Assembly (NCBI GenBank): GCA_965243135.1 | Contig: OZ251539.1 | Coordinates: forward strand, 5,568,001 to 5,632,000 | Source of the DNA: Alphaproteobacteria bacterium | Lineage (GTDB): Bacteria > Pseudomonadota > Alphaproteobacteria > MPNO01 > UBA830 | DNA: 64,000 bases | Direction of reading: 5' to 3' | Shown here: one piece after another, positions 9,815-19,552 of the stretch | How the letters are laid out: the number at the start of each line of letters is the position of its first letter | Position numbering within the stretch: position 1 is the stretch's first letter | Translations under genes and position numbers: made by a program | Notes under the pieces: generated by a model | The model's input: only the letters and a program-made list of their open reading frames with translations | Databases searched by the model: none | Told to the model about the DNA's origin: nothing

Positions 9815-10596
9815 GGCTTCTCCAGTTGCGCCGCAGGGCCTGCGCCGGTTGTCCTGCAGAGCGCCGCCTGACCGGCGCGCCCGAACGGGCGGCCGGGTTC
9901 GCTTCGGAATTCCGGGTACATACCCCGGCGGCGAGAACGCCGCAAACGCCCGGCAGCGGCGTTTTCGTTGCCGAGAACGGCTTGCCGCAGGCGCCGTCGG
10001 CCCGCGTTCCGTTTTGCGGCATGATCCCTCGCGGCGAAGAACGGCGTCTCGTCGATCGGTCGCCGTCCCGGACCGAAGAACGCCCGAGCGGCGAAGCGCT
10101 TGGCGCGAAGGCGAGTTCAGCCACGCCCACGGAGCGGTTTGCCGGGCTGCGGGATTCTCGGGCGGCGCGCGCCCGGTTCGGCGCCGTCAACCGTTCGGGA
10201 AAGACGAACGGGCCGTTCACGGGAACGCTCGCCGACCTCGACCGGGCGGCTTCCGCCGCCCTTTCGCCGGCGCCGAAAACGAATGCCCGGAGCGGAAATG
10301 AAACCCGTCTCGTCAACGTCGCGCGCTTCGAGCGTCCGTTTCTCGCCGAACGTTCGCCGTGCAGCCATCGCGCTGCGCCCGAGGCGGTCCGCCGCGGCGC
10401 GATGAATGCGCCGCGGAGAAACGCCGCTCCGCGTCGTCCGCGAGGACGGCAGCTTCGGCGGCGAATTCTCCGGGATTCCGTCGCCGCCCGCCCCGCAGAC
10501 CGTCGACGAAAGGCCGAACGCGGAACGAACCTCCCCTGCGCCGCGAGGTCGAGGCGGCGTCGCGCGCGGAGAAAGCCGGTCTTCTTTTCAGGGAAC

Positions 10597-10708
10597 GCGC
10601 GGTCGCGGTCCGCGGCGGCCCCGGCGGCGCTTCGGAGTTCCGGGGACGTTGCCCGGCCTTCCCCCGGCTTCGGTGCCGCATGCGGCGCGACGCGGACCGC
10701 GACCGCGC
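10597..10708. repeat. Perfect 18-bp inverted repeat closing a ~110-nt hairpin
   Basis: GCGCGGTCGCGGTCCGCG (10597-10614) and CGCGGACCGCGACCGCGC (10691-10708). Confidence 0.7.
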
Positions 10709-10794
10709 CGCTGATCGAACGGCGGCCGATAGGATAGTTGCGCGGCGCGAAGATTTCGCATACGTTCGTCTTGCCGAATTCGCAGGGGCATCTT

Positions 10795-11190
10795 ATGGAA
10801 CAGTTCTCTTCCGAACTCATCGCCATTCTTGGCGTCGGCGCCACCATGCTTGGCGGCGGCATTGCCGTTATCAGGCTGGTTCTTCTGCAGGGCCGCCGGC
10901 TCGACAGCCGGATCGACGCCCTTGCCCTGCGCATGGACGAACGGGACCGGCGGACGGATGACCGGCTCGGGCAGATGACCGATCAGACGAACGAACGGTT
11001 CCGGCAGTTGACCGATCAGATGAACGAACGGTTCCGGCAGCTGACCGATCAGATGAACGAGCAATTCCGGCAGATGAACGAGCAGTTCCGGGAGTTGAGC
11101 GAGCGCGTGGCGCGAGTCGAGGGCAAGTTCGACTTGCTCGAGACTTTCGTCGAGCACCGGAAGGAGCCGCCGGCCGAGGCGGCGGAATAG
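10795..11190 (+). CDS. Small membrane-anchored coiled-coil protein with 11-aa repeats
   Basis: N-terminal hydrophobic helix, then TDQ(T/M)NE(R/Q)FRQ(L/M) x3 and LSERVARVEGK. Confidence 0.75.
   Translation: MEQFSSELIAILGVGATMLGGGIAVIRLVLLQGRRLDSRIDALALRMDERDRRTDDRLGQMTDQTNERFRQLTDQMNERFRQLTDQMNEQFRQMNEQFRELSERVARVEGKFDLLETFVEHRKEPPAEAAE
10977..11075 (+). repeat. 33-bp tandem repeat x3 (coding)
   Basis: GACCGATCAG units start at 10977, 11010 and 11043. Confidence 0.9.
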
Positions 11191-11295
11191 CGGCGCACCG
11201 CTTCGGCGCCGCAAGCGGCGCGAAAATTCGTGCCGCAACTGCCGCCGGCCGGGCGGGCAGCCGACGAAAAACGGCGCAGCGCAAACGCCTCCGTT

Positions 11296-11324
11296 TTGAC
11301 CGCGGCGGTTTGCGCACCTATTCT
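11296..11324 (+). promoter_or_regulatory. Sigma70-type promoter, likely leaderless
   Basis: TTGACC-17 bp-TATTCT, then 6 bp to ATG 11331 with no SD. Confidence 0.55.
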
Positions 11325-11330
11325 GTCCCC

Positions 11331-12847
11331 ATGACGAGGCGCACGCTTCCGATCGGCATCTCCTCCCTCCGGGAGTTCCGGAGGATGGACTGCTACTACG
11401 TCGACAAGACGGACCATGCGCGCCGTCTTGTCGAGGGCGGCAAGTACTATTTCCTGTCGCGTCCGCGCCGGTTCGGCAAGAGCCTGCTGGTGGACACGCT
11501 GCAGGAGTTGTTCGAGGGAAACGAGGAGCTGTTCCGGGGACTTGCCGTCCACGGCGAATGGGACTGGTCGGCGCGCCGTCGTGCGGCTCAGCTTCGGCTC
11601 AGGCGAGTTCGGCGACCCGGACGGCGTTCGGGAAACCGTGGAAGCGCAACTGGAAGAGACGGAGATGCATGCCGGCCTCGAACCGGGCCCGGCCGGGGCG
11701 TCGATCCGTTTCCGGCGCCTGATTGGGACGCTGCACGAGCGCACGGGGCAGCAGGCGGTCGTGCTGGTGGACGAACAAGCCGATCCTGGACGCGCTTTCG
11801 AAGCCGGAGGTTGCGCGGGCGAACCGCGACTTCCTGCGCAGCCTGTACGGGATCCTCAAGGACTGCGACCGGCATCTCCGTTTCGTTTTCCTGACGGGGG
11901 TGAGCAAATTGGCGGGCCTGTTCTCGGGCCTGAACAACCTGCGCGACATCACGCTGGCGCCGGAGTTCTCGGACATTTGCGGTTACACCGAAGCGGAGCT
12001 GGACGCGGTCTTCGCCCCGGAACTCGAGGGCCTGGACCGGGGCGAGATCCGACGCTGGTACAACGGCTACAACTGGCTCGGGACGGAGAGGGTCTACAAT
12101 CCGTTCGACGTCCTGCTGCTGCTTGCCGACCGCAGGTTCGGCAACTACTGGTTCCAGAGCGGCACGCCGACCTTCCTCGTCGACCTTCTGGCGCGGCGCC
12201 GGGTCTTGGCGCCGGCTCTGGAGGGCATGTTCGCGGACGACGACCTGCTGTCGGCCGTCGACCGCATCCCCGTCGAGGCGCTTCTGTTCCAGACCGGCTA
12301 CCTGACCATCGTCGACGAGGAGCGGGACGAGGACGCGCTCCTCTACCGGCTGGACTACCCGAACCGGGAGGTGAAGCGCAGCCTGAACGCGCTCCTGCTG
12401 CGGACGATGTCGCCGGACGTCGCGGTGGCGTCGGAGAGCCGGGAGCTGCGCCGCCTGATGCGGGCGAACGACTTTGCGGGGATCGAGGCGCTGTTCCGGG
12501 CGTTCCTGGCCGGCATTCCGAACGAGTGGTACGCGAACACGGGCCTGGCGGGCTACGAGGCGCACTATGCGAGCGTGTTCTACTCGCACTTCGTGGCGGC
12601 GGGGATGGACGTCCGCGCCGAGGAGAGCACGGCGCGCGGACGTTCGGACCTGGCGGTCCTGTACAACGGCAACGTCTACCTGTTCGAGTTCAAGGTCGTG
12701 GACGGGAAGCCGGAAGGCCGGGCTCTGGCTCGGGAACGCGGCTACGCGGACAAGTGTCGGCATTCGGGCCAGCCTGTCCACATGATCGGGGTGGAATTCG
12801 GCCGGGAGGAGCGCAACATCGTCGGGTTCGTTGCCGAGACCGCTTGA
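11331..12847 (+). pseudogene. AAA-ATPase-like + PD-(D/E)XK nuclease (PDDEXK_9-type) gene, frameshifted
   Basis: LPIGI..YYVDKT, SRPRRFGKSL, FSGLNNL, WYNGY, GRSDL..YLFEFK are spread over three frames, with shifts near 11575 and 11775. Confidence 0.85.
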
Positions 12848-13137
12848 CCGCGGCGGCGAACTCGCCTCGCATTCCAGGACGAGAGCGTCGCCATCTTCTC
12901 GCGCAAGAACAAGCGGCCCGTTCTCCCCGTGCGCCTTTGGACATGGTTTCTTTCGACCCGCGCCATGCTTCGCCGTTCCGGGTTCGGGCGTCGCGGCGCG
13001 AAGACAGGGCGGGGCAGTCCTCGGCGTCCCGAACTCCTCGAGCGGGCGTCGCCGCGAAAAAAATTCCTTGATCCGCGAAACGGCGTTTTGCGGCCGGTTA
13101 CGCGTGGCAGTTGCGTGTCAAGCGGCACGGAGCGCCC

Positions 13138-13460
13138 ATTGGCTTCGGGCGCACGATGGGCATCGACTACGGGCTCGTGATCCCCGACGAGTCGAAGGCG
13201 CTGCGCGAAGGGGCGATTCGCCCGTGGCGGTCGCAGAATTACCGCCAGTGCCAGCGCGACTTGCTGCGCTACGCGCGCCGACGCGGGGTGGCGCTCGACC
13301 GCCCGAGGCGACGCTCGACGACCGCGCCTTCTCCGGCCAGCCGGGGCTGTGCATCCACGACGTGATGCGCCTGCCACTCCTCGACCGCTGCTGGACCTTC
13401 TTCGACCGGCTGCGCCTGCGCGCCCCCTCGACGAGGCCACCGGACTGCTGCTGGCCGAGA
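13138..13460 (+). pseudogene. Internal fragments of a UvrA-family (excinuclease ABC subunit A paralogue) gene
   Basis: GFGRTMGIDYGLVIPDESKALREGAIRPW and PGLCIHDVMRLP...LDEATGLLLAE resemble UvrA segments; no start and no ATPase motifs. Confidence 0.6.
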
Positions 13461-13645
13461 GGGTGGAGGGTGCATCAAGCGCCGATCAGAGGGTTGCGGC
13501 GAAGGGCTCCCGGCTGCATGATCAGCATCCTGGATGTGATTCAACCAAGCTGCCGAACGGCCTGACGAAACAGAGCTGCCTCATCCGGTGCTATTTTCCA
13601 TCTGTGATTCGTTTCGGCGTCAGCTTCACCGGAGGAAAACAAAGA

Positions 13646-14443
13646 ATGCTCGAACTGGATCGTATCTACCAAGCGGACGCCTTCGATATGTTCCCCCATA
13701 TCGACGACGGGAGCATCGATTTGGTCATCTGTGATGGTCCGTATGGAATTGCTACCAATAAATGGGACAAAATCCACAATATCCAGGAATACAACTTGAG
13801 GCTGATCAGAATTTTTTCCAAGAAGTTAAAAGAGGGTGGTGGACTGTATCTTTTCGGAAAACCGAACTGTATTGATTTCATCGACTATCGTCCTTTTTTG
13901 AATCTCAGATCAAGAATCATCTGGTATCAGCCAAGTCGGCTCGCCCAAGGGCGGCTCAAATACACGAACAATTACGACGTTATCTGTTATTTTATCAAAG
14001 GCGACAAACCGAGAATGTTCAATCTTGATGCGATCCGTGTCCCGCAACTTGTCGAATTGGATCATCGTATGCGTTGTGAACGCGTTCCATCAGTCAGGAA
14101 CGGAAAATACAGGAAGACCAAATTCAATGGAAACGGGAAAAATCCGGGAGATGTATGGGGGGACATCAAGCAGCTTACTTATAAATCAAAAGAGCTCGTC
14201 AGTCGTGACGCCCTCAATACGATTCAGAAACCCGAACAGCTCATCGAACGTTTGATTAAAGCCAGCTCCGAAGAGGATGATCTGGTATTGGATCCATTTT
14301 CAGGCGTAGGCACCTGCCCGGCCGTTTGCAAGCGTCTCCGGCGTCACTTCATCGGGATAGAACAGCACGAGCGCTTCGTCGAGGAGGGAAACAGGAGGCT
14401 CCAGAAAACCGAGAATGACATGATGGAGATGATGCTCTTCTGA
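13646..14443 (+). CDS. Site-specific DNA methyltransferase (N6/N4, beta class)
   Basis: GGAGG RBS; SIDLVICDGPY motif IV precedes QKPEQL and VLDPFSGVGT motif I; low GC. Confidence 0.9.
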   Translation: MLELDRIYQADAFDMFPHIDDGSIDLVICDGPYGIATNKWDKIHNIQEYNLRLIRIFSKKLKEGGGLYLFGKPNCIDFIDYRPFLNLRSRIIWYQPSRLAQGRLKYTNNYDVICYFIKGDKPRMFNLDAIRVPQLVELDHRMRCERVPSVRNGKYRKTKFNGNGKNPGDVWGDIKQLTYKSKELVSRDALNTIQKPEQLIERLIKASSEEDDLVLDPFSGVGTCPAVCKRLRRHFIGIEQHERFVEEGNRRLQKTENDMMEMMLF

Positions 14444-14945
14444 TGACGCCTATCGCAAGATAATAACGCTGATCTTGGAAGCTTGGCGAGATCAATTGCC
14501 AACTTGCTCCAACCTGGATTGGTAAAGGAAATGATTATCGCTGATATCCTCGGACATGAATTGATTCGTTCAAAGCATCATGCAGATGCCCATGCTCCGG
14601 GAAATCCGGATGAGAAATACGAATATCTGTCATGCAAAGAAGGCGGGACAGGACAGCTTGATCGTATGTTCAAAGAACCCGATGATAAACGTACTGATTC
14701 TCTGAATCGAATTACACGGAACAGGAAAATATATTTGGCAATATTCTATAAAGAAGAACAAACAAAATGCAAATTTATTTATGAGATCGATCCGAAAATC
14801 ATGGCTAAAGAAGCAGAAAGACAGCTTGATCAGAAATACGATCTCTCATATCGGATTCTCTGAAGGCTGGGCAGAGCGAAATGGACGACTCGTCTATACG
14901 TGTCCATCATACGGATCGCCGAAGAATCGGCAGCATCCTGCATAA
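14440..14945 (+). pseudogene. Putative type II restriction endonuclease (PvuII-like), frameshifted
   Basis: Abuts the MTase; DDAYRKIITLILEA / LARSIANLLQPG..ADA..EKYEYLS..ERQLD / RNTISHIGFSEGWAERNGRLVY lie in different frames (shifts near 14480 and 14830). Confidence 0.55.
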
Positions 14946-14968
14946 ATATAGTGGAGAACTGACGCGCC

Positions 14969-15037
14969 ATGGTTGATTTCAAGAAACGCCTCACGGGAAA
15001 GAAACCGGAGAAACCGGTTGATCCTGTTGAGTTATAC
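14969..15037 (+). pseudogene. N-terminal stub of a DEAD/DEAH-box (SF2) helicase-like gene
   Basis: GGAG upstream; MVDFKKRLTGKKPEKPVDPVELY resembles a recurring helicase N-terminus; coding character is lost afterwards. Confidence 0.4.
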
Positions 15038-15334
15038 ACTGGATCGAGCTTCCGGCTGACGCGCAAACGTTGCCGGCCGCCTCGACGCCTTGACCTACCG
15101 GCGAACTCGTCCCTATGTTGTCCCGCTTGCGGAGGCCTGCCTTGTCGCGCTTCGAGTCGAACGCGGGAGCGTGCACGCTCCCTCGTCGAGCGTTCCGGTT
15201 CCTTCGTCAAGGCGAGAGCCTCGATTTTTCTGTCGCGGGTCGGCGGGGACTTCGCAAGCGTTCGGTGGAGGTCGGTTCGGGACCTGGAAAACTCCGGAAA
15301 ATGTCCACGGGTCGTGAGCGAGGGCGCCCCCTGA

Positions 15335-16435
15335 ATGTTCAGCGTTGCAGATGTGGAAGCCCGCGTCGTCCGCGTTCCGCTCAAATCCCCGATGAAGCTC
15401 GCGGGCGTAGAGATCGCGGACGCGGAAAACCTGATCGTTCGCATCCGCGACCGGGACGGCAACGTCGGCTGGGGCGAGGCCGCCTCCGCGCCGACGATGA
15501 CCGGCGAGACTCCCGAGAGCATGGTCGCGGCGGTCCGTTTCATGGAGCCGGCTCTGATCGGCGTCGACGTTGCCGATCCCTTCGACCTCCGGCTCGACCG
15601 GCTGATGTACGGCAATCACGGGGCCAAGGCGGCGATCGAAATCGCCGTTCTCGACCTGGCCGGCAAGCGCGTCGGAAAGCCGCTCCACGAACTTCTGGGC
15701 GGGAAGGCGCGCGACGAAGCGACCGTCCTGACGATGGTCGCCGGCGGCGACCGGCGCGCCGAGGTCGAAAACGTCCGAAGGCAACTGGACGCGGGCTTCG
15801 CGGCCTTCAAGGTGAAGGTCGGCGTCAACGATCCGCTTCGGGATCTGGAGCGCTCGGCGGCGGTCCGCGCCGCGGGCGGGGCAGGAGCGCGGATTTCCGC
15901 GGACGCCAACCAGGGCTACGGCAGGGAGGACGCGGTCAGGTTCGCCGAAGGCGCGGCGGGAGCGGGACTCGACTTCATGGAGCAACTCGTGGCGGGCGGC
16001 GATCTTGAAGGCATGGCGGCCTGCGCGGCCGTTTCCGGCGTTCCGCTCGGCGCCGACGAGGGACTTCATTCCGTGCGCGATATCCGTCTGCACCGTGAAA
16101 CGGGGGCGGCGAGCGGCGGGAGTCTCAAGACCATCAAGCTCGGCGGAGCGGGCCCCGTCCTTCGGGCGGCCCGCTTGATGCGCGATCTCGGCATGCACGT
16201 CAATCTCGCCGGAAAGCTTGCGGAAACCGGCATCGCGAGCGCCGCGACCGCTCATCTCGCCGTCGCCGTTCCGCAGCTCGATTGGGACGTGAGCGTAACC
16301 AGCCAGTATCTGGTCGACGACGTGGTGGAAGAACCCCTCCGGATCGTCGACGGCCGCCTGCGCCCCGGCGACGGCCCCGGTCTCGGCATCGTTCCCGCCG
16401 AGGAGAAGCTCGCGAAATTTCTGCAATCCCGTTAG
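15335..16435 (+). CDS. Enolase superfamily protein (muconate cycloisomerase/mandelate racemase-like)
   Basis: GWGEA, FKVKVG (KxK), DANQG, MEQ, ADEG. Confidence 0.88.
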   Translation: MFSVADVEARVVRVPLKSPMKLAGVEIADAENLIVRIRDRDGNVGWGEAASAPTMTGETPESMVAAVRFMEPALIGVDVADPFDLRLDRLMYGNHGAKAAIEIAVLDLAGKRVGKPLHELLGGKARDEATVLTMVAGGDRRAEVENVRRQLDAGFAAFKVKVGVNDPLRDLERSAAVRAAGGAGARISADANQGYGREDAVRFAEGAAGAGLDFMEQLVAGGDLEGMAACAAVSGVPLGADEGLHSVRDIRLHRETGAASGGSLKTIKLGGAGPVLRAARLMRDLGMHVNLAGKLAETGIASAATAHLAVAVPQLDWDVSVTSQYLVDDVVEEPLRIVDGRLRPGDGPGLGIVPAEEKLAKFLQSR

Positions 16436-16487
16436 GTTGGACCGGCGCCGGGCGGCCTGGCGTTTTTCGGCGCTTTGGAGGCGACGC

Positions 16488-17696
16488 ATGACCGATGCCA
16501 TCGGAGATTTTCCGCTCGGTTTCCGGGTGGAGGCGGGCGACCGCCGCGCCGCGCTGCTCGGCGCGAAAGCCGGGCGGGCGTCGTACGTCGTCGAGGCGCG
16601 CAAGCTCGATCTGCATCAGAAGGAGGCCGTCGTCCGCCAGGGCGACGGCGGAAGCAGGTGGCGCGTCGCGAGCGACGAGGGCAAGCATCTCAAGGGTACG
16701 GACCTCGCTCCCTTTCCCCTGGGCTTCTTCAACGCCGGACTGCAGGCCGACCTGATGGGACGGATCGCCGCTCTCGCGAACGCGCGCGGAGTCGCGGTCG
16801 ACGGTCTGGGGATCAAGCTCGGAAACGCCTATTCGATGACCGGATCCTTCTTCCGCGGCGACGGGGAGGGTTTCGCGGAACCGGCCGAGATCAGGGTCGA
16901 ACTGAGCGCGGACGCCGACGCCGGACGCGTCGCGGAACTGGTCGACGACGCGGTCGCGGCGTCGCCGGCGCTCGCCGCGATGAGCATGCCGTTGCGCAAT
17001 ACGTTCGCCATATACGTCAACGGCCGCCGCCGGGCGGTCGAGACGATGGCGCCGTCGCCGGAAGAAAGCGCGCCGGACCCGTTCGCGACCTGGCGCGAAC
17101 GGCCGGCTCCCGAACCGGGCGGCTCGCCGGACGCGATTCGCAAGACGGGCGCGGAACGGGCGGGAATGGTGGAGCCGGCGCCGGCGGGCACGAAGACCCG
17201 CATCGTCCGCATCGTCAGGGGGATCGGCCGGGCGATCGAGCCGGACGGCCTGACGGAAACGGACACCTGGCTGGAACTCCCCGGAATGAGCCACTTCGCC
17301 CTCAGGTCGGACGAGCGCCCCGAAGGCGGCGACGCCGCTCCGAGCGGGCTCGCCCTGTTGTCGGCGGGAATCGCGTTTTGCTTCATGACCCAGCTCGACC
17401 GCTACATCGAACACATGAAGTTCGACATCGGCGGCGTGCGCCTCGTCCAGCGTTGTCCGTACATGCTGAACGAAGACGCCGGCCGCCTGCGCGGCGCCGC
17501 GGGACCGGTGGACACGCATCTGTTCGTGAACGGCCGCGAGGACGACGAGACCTGCGAACGCCTGATGCGGATCGCGGCCCGCACGTGCTACCTGCACGCG
17601 ACTCTGGCGGCGGCGCTCGACCCCGTCGTCAGCGTCGAGGACTCGCGACCGCCGCTCGGTTCCCGCCCGCCGGCCGCCTGGAACGCCGGCGCATGA
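16488..17696 (+). CDS. Tandem two-domain OsmC-like protein
   Basis: Two SDE...AP units; AGIAFCFMTQL and AARTCYLHATL in domain 2; GGAGG RBS. Confidence 0.7.
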   Translation: MTDAIGDFPLGFRVEAGDRRAALLGAKAGRASYVVEARKLDLHQKEAVVRQGDGGSRWRVASDEGKHLKGTDLAPFPLGFFNAGLQADLMGRIAALANARGVAVDGLGIKLGNAYSMTGSFFRGDGEGFAEPAEIRVELSADADAGRVAELVDDAVAASPALAAMSMPLRNTFAIYVNGRRRAVETMAPSPEESAPDPFATWRERPAPEPGGSPDAIRKTGAERAGMVEPAPAGTKTRIVRIVRGIGRAIEPDGLTETDTWLELPGMSHFALRSDERPEGGDAAPSGLALLSAGIAFCFMTQLDRYIEHMKFDIGGVRLVQRCPYMLNEDAGRLRGAAGPVDTHLFVNGREDDETCERLMRIAARTCYLHATLAAALDPVVSVEDSRPPLGSRPPAAWNAGA

Positions 17697-19396
17697 GCGA
17701 ACGCCGCGGGATCGCGCGAGGCCTGACGAATTACGGGGATCCTGATTTCGCGATCTACCTGCGCCGGTCCTTCGCCAAATCCATGGGCTATTCCGACGCC
17801 ATGCTCCAACGGCCGGTAATCGGCGTCGCCTTCACCCCGTCGGGCTTCAACAACTGTCATCGCCACTTCCCGGAACTGCTCGAGGCGGTCAAGCGCGGCG
17901 TGATCGCGAACGGCGGCCTTCCTCTGGAATTCCCGACCGTTTCGCTCGGAGAGGTTTTCCTCAGCCCGACCAGCCTCAAGTTCCGCAACCTCATGGCGAT
18001 GGACACGGAAGAGATGATTCGCGCCCAACCCATGGATGCGGTCGTGCTGATGGGCGGTTGCGACAAGACCGTTCCCGCGCAGCTCATGGGGGCGGTCTCC
18101 GCCGGCCGGCCGGCGATTCAGCTCGTCGCCGGACCGATGATGACGTCCCGGCACGGCGACGACCGGCTCGGCGCCTGCACCGATTGCAGGCGCTTCTGGG
18201 CGCAATACCGCGCCGGCGGCGTCGACGGCGCGGAGATCCGGGAGATCGAGGGAAAGCTCGCGACGACGGCCGGGACCTGCGCGGTCATGGGCACCGCGTC
18301 CACCATGGCCTGCATCGCGGAAACCCTCGGCATGGCGCTGCCGGGAACGGCCGCCATACCCGCGGTTCACGCAGACCGCCTGCGGGCGGCGGAAGCCACG
18401 GGCGCCGCGGCGGTCGGCCTGGCGGCCCGCCCCGTCGCGCCCGACCGGATCGTCACGGCGGCTTCCGTGGAGAACGCGCTGCGCGTTCTGCTGGCGATCG
18501 GCGGTTCGACGAACGCGATCGTCCACCTGACGGCGATCGCCGGGCGCGCGGGCATCGACGTTTCGCTCCGGCGGCTCAACGAGCTCTCCGACGAGACGCC
18601 GGTGCTGATCAACCTCAAGCCGGTCGGCGACCATTACATGGAGGACTTCTTCGCCGCGGGGGGACTGGGCGGCGTGCTGAGGGAGCTGAAGCCTCTGCTC
18701 GATCTCGATTGCCGGACCGTTTCCGGCGAAACGCTGGGAGACAGGCTCGCGAACGAGGCGGCGGCCGTCGACCGCGGCGTGATCGCGGCGCTGGACGATC
18801 CGCTCGAGCCCTGCGGCGGGCTGGTCGCGTTGTTCGGTTCGCTCGCGCCGCGCGGCGCAATTCTCAAAAGGTCGGCGGCCGACAGCGGGTTGTTCGAGCG
18901 CACCGGCCGCGCGGTCGTGTTTTCCTCGCTCGAGGACCTCTCCCGGCGCATCGACGATCCCGGCCTCGACGTCGCCGCGGACGACTTCCTCGTTCTGCAG
19001 AATGCGGGGCCTTCCAGTCCTTCGGGCATGCCCGAGGCGGGCCATTTGCCGATTCCGAAAAAGCTGGCCGCGCGGGGCGTCAGGGACATGGTGCGGATAT
19101 CCGATGCGCGAATGTCGGGCACGGCTTACGGAACGGTCGTGCTGCACGTCGCGCCGGAGGCGTTCGCCGGCGGCCCGCTCGGGCTGGCGAAGACCGGGGA
19201 CCGGATCAGGTTGTCGGTCGCGGAGAAGAGGCTCGACCTTCTTGTCGAGGAGAACGAGCTCGGCAAGCGCCGCGCGGAGGCGCCGCCGCCGCCGGCCGCG
19301 CCGACGCGGGGGTACGCCCTGCTCCATGCGCGCGAGGTGTTGCAGGCGGACCAGGGCTGCGATTTCGGCTTCCTGAGAGCGGCGGCGATTCCCTGA
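17693..19396 (+). CDS. Dihydroxy-acid dehydratase, IlvD/Edd family
   Basis: NNCH, GGCDKT, GTCAVMGTASTM, GGSTNA, SDARMSGT; ATGA overlap. Confidence 0.92.
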   Translation: MSERRGIARGLTNYGDPDFAIYLRRSFAKSMGYSDAMLQRPVIGVAFTPSGFNNCHRHFPELLEAVKRGVIANGGLPLEFPTVSLGEVFLSPTSLKFRNLMAMDTEEMIRAQPMDAVVLMGGCDKTVPAQLMGAVSAGRPAIQLVAGPMMTSRHGDDRLGACTDCRRFWAQYRAGGVDGAEIREIEGKLATTAGTCAVMGTASTMACIAETLGMALPGTAAIPAVHADRLRAAEATGAAAVGLAARPVAPDRIVTAASVENALRVLLAIGGSTNAIVHLTAIAGRAGIDVSLRRLNELSDETPVLINLKPVGDHYMEDFFAAGGLGGVLRELKPLLDLDCRTVSGETLGDRLANEAAAVDRGVIAALDDPLEPCGGLVALFGSLAPRGAILKRSAADSGLFERTGRAVVFSSLEDLSRRIDDPGLDVAADDFLVLQNAGPSSPSGMPEAGHLPIPKKLAARGVRDMVRISDARMSGTAYGTVVLHVAPEAFAGGPLGLAKTGDRIRLSVAEKRLDLLVEENELGKRRAEAPPPPAAPTRGYALLHAREVLQADQGCDFGFLRAAAIP

Positions 19397-19552
19397 CCCC
19401 GGCGGCCCGCCGGGCCTGCGGGAACCTGATTTCGCGGCGGCGGGTTCCGCGGGAGGCCGAGGTTTCGCCGGCCCGTCCCTCGGCGAAACGGTCCGTCGCG
19501 GACGGCGCCTGGGAGTCGGCAGGGGCGGCGGCCGCGCGGTTCGGCGCGCCGT

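Noticed and set aside
10977-11095. Repeats as a possible CRISPR array
   Set aside because: Contiguous in-frame coding repeats with no unique spacers; no cas genes.
13523-14940. 10-bp direct repeat CAGCATCCTG flanking the MTase-nuclease pair
   Set aside because: Short enough to arise by chance, and low-GC sequence continues past the right copy.
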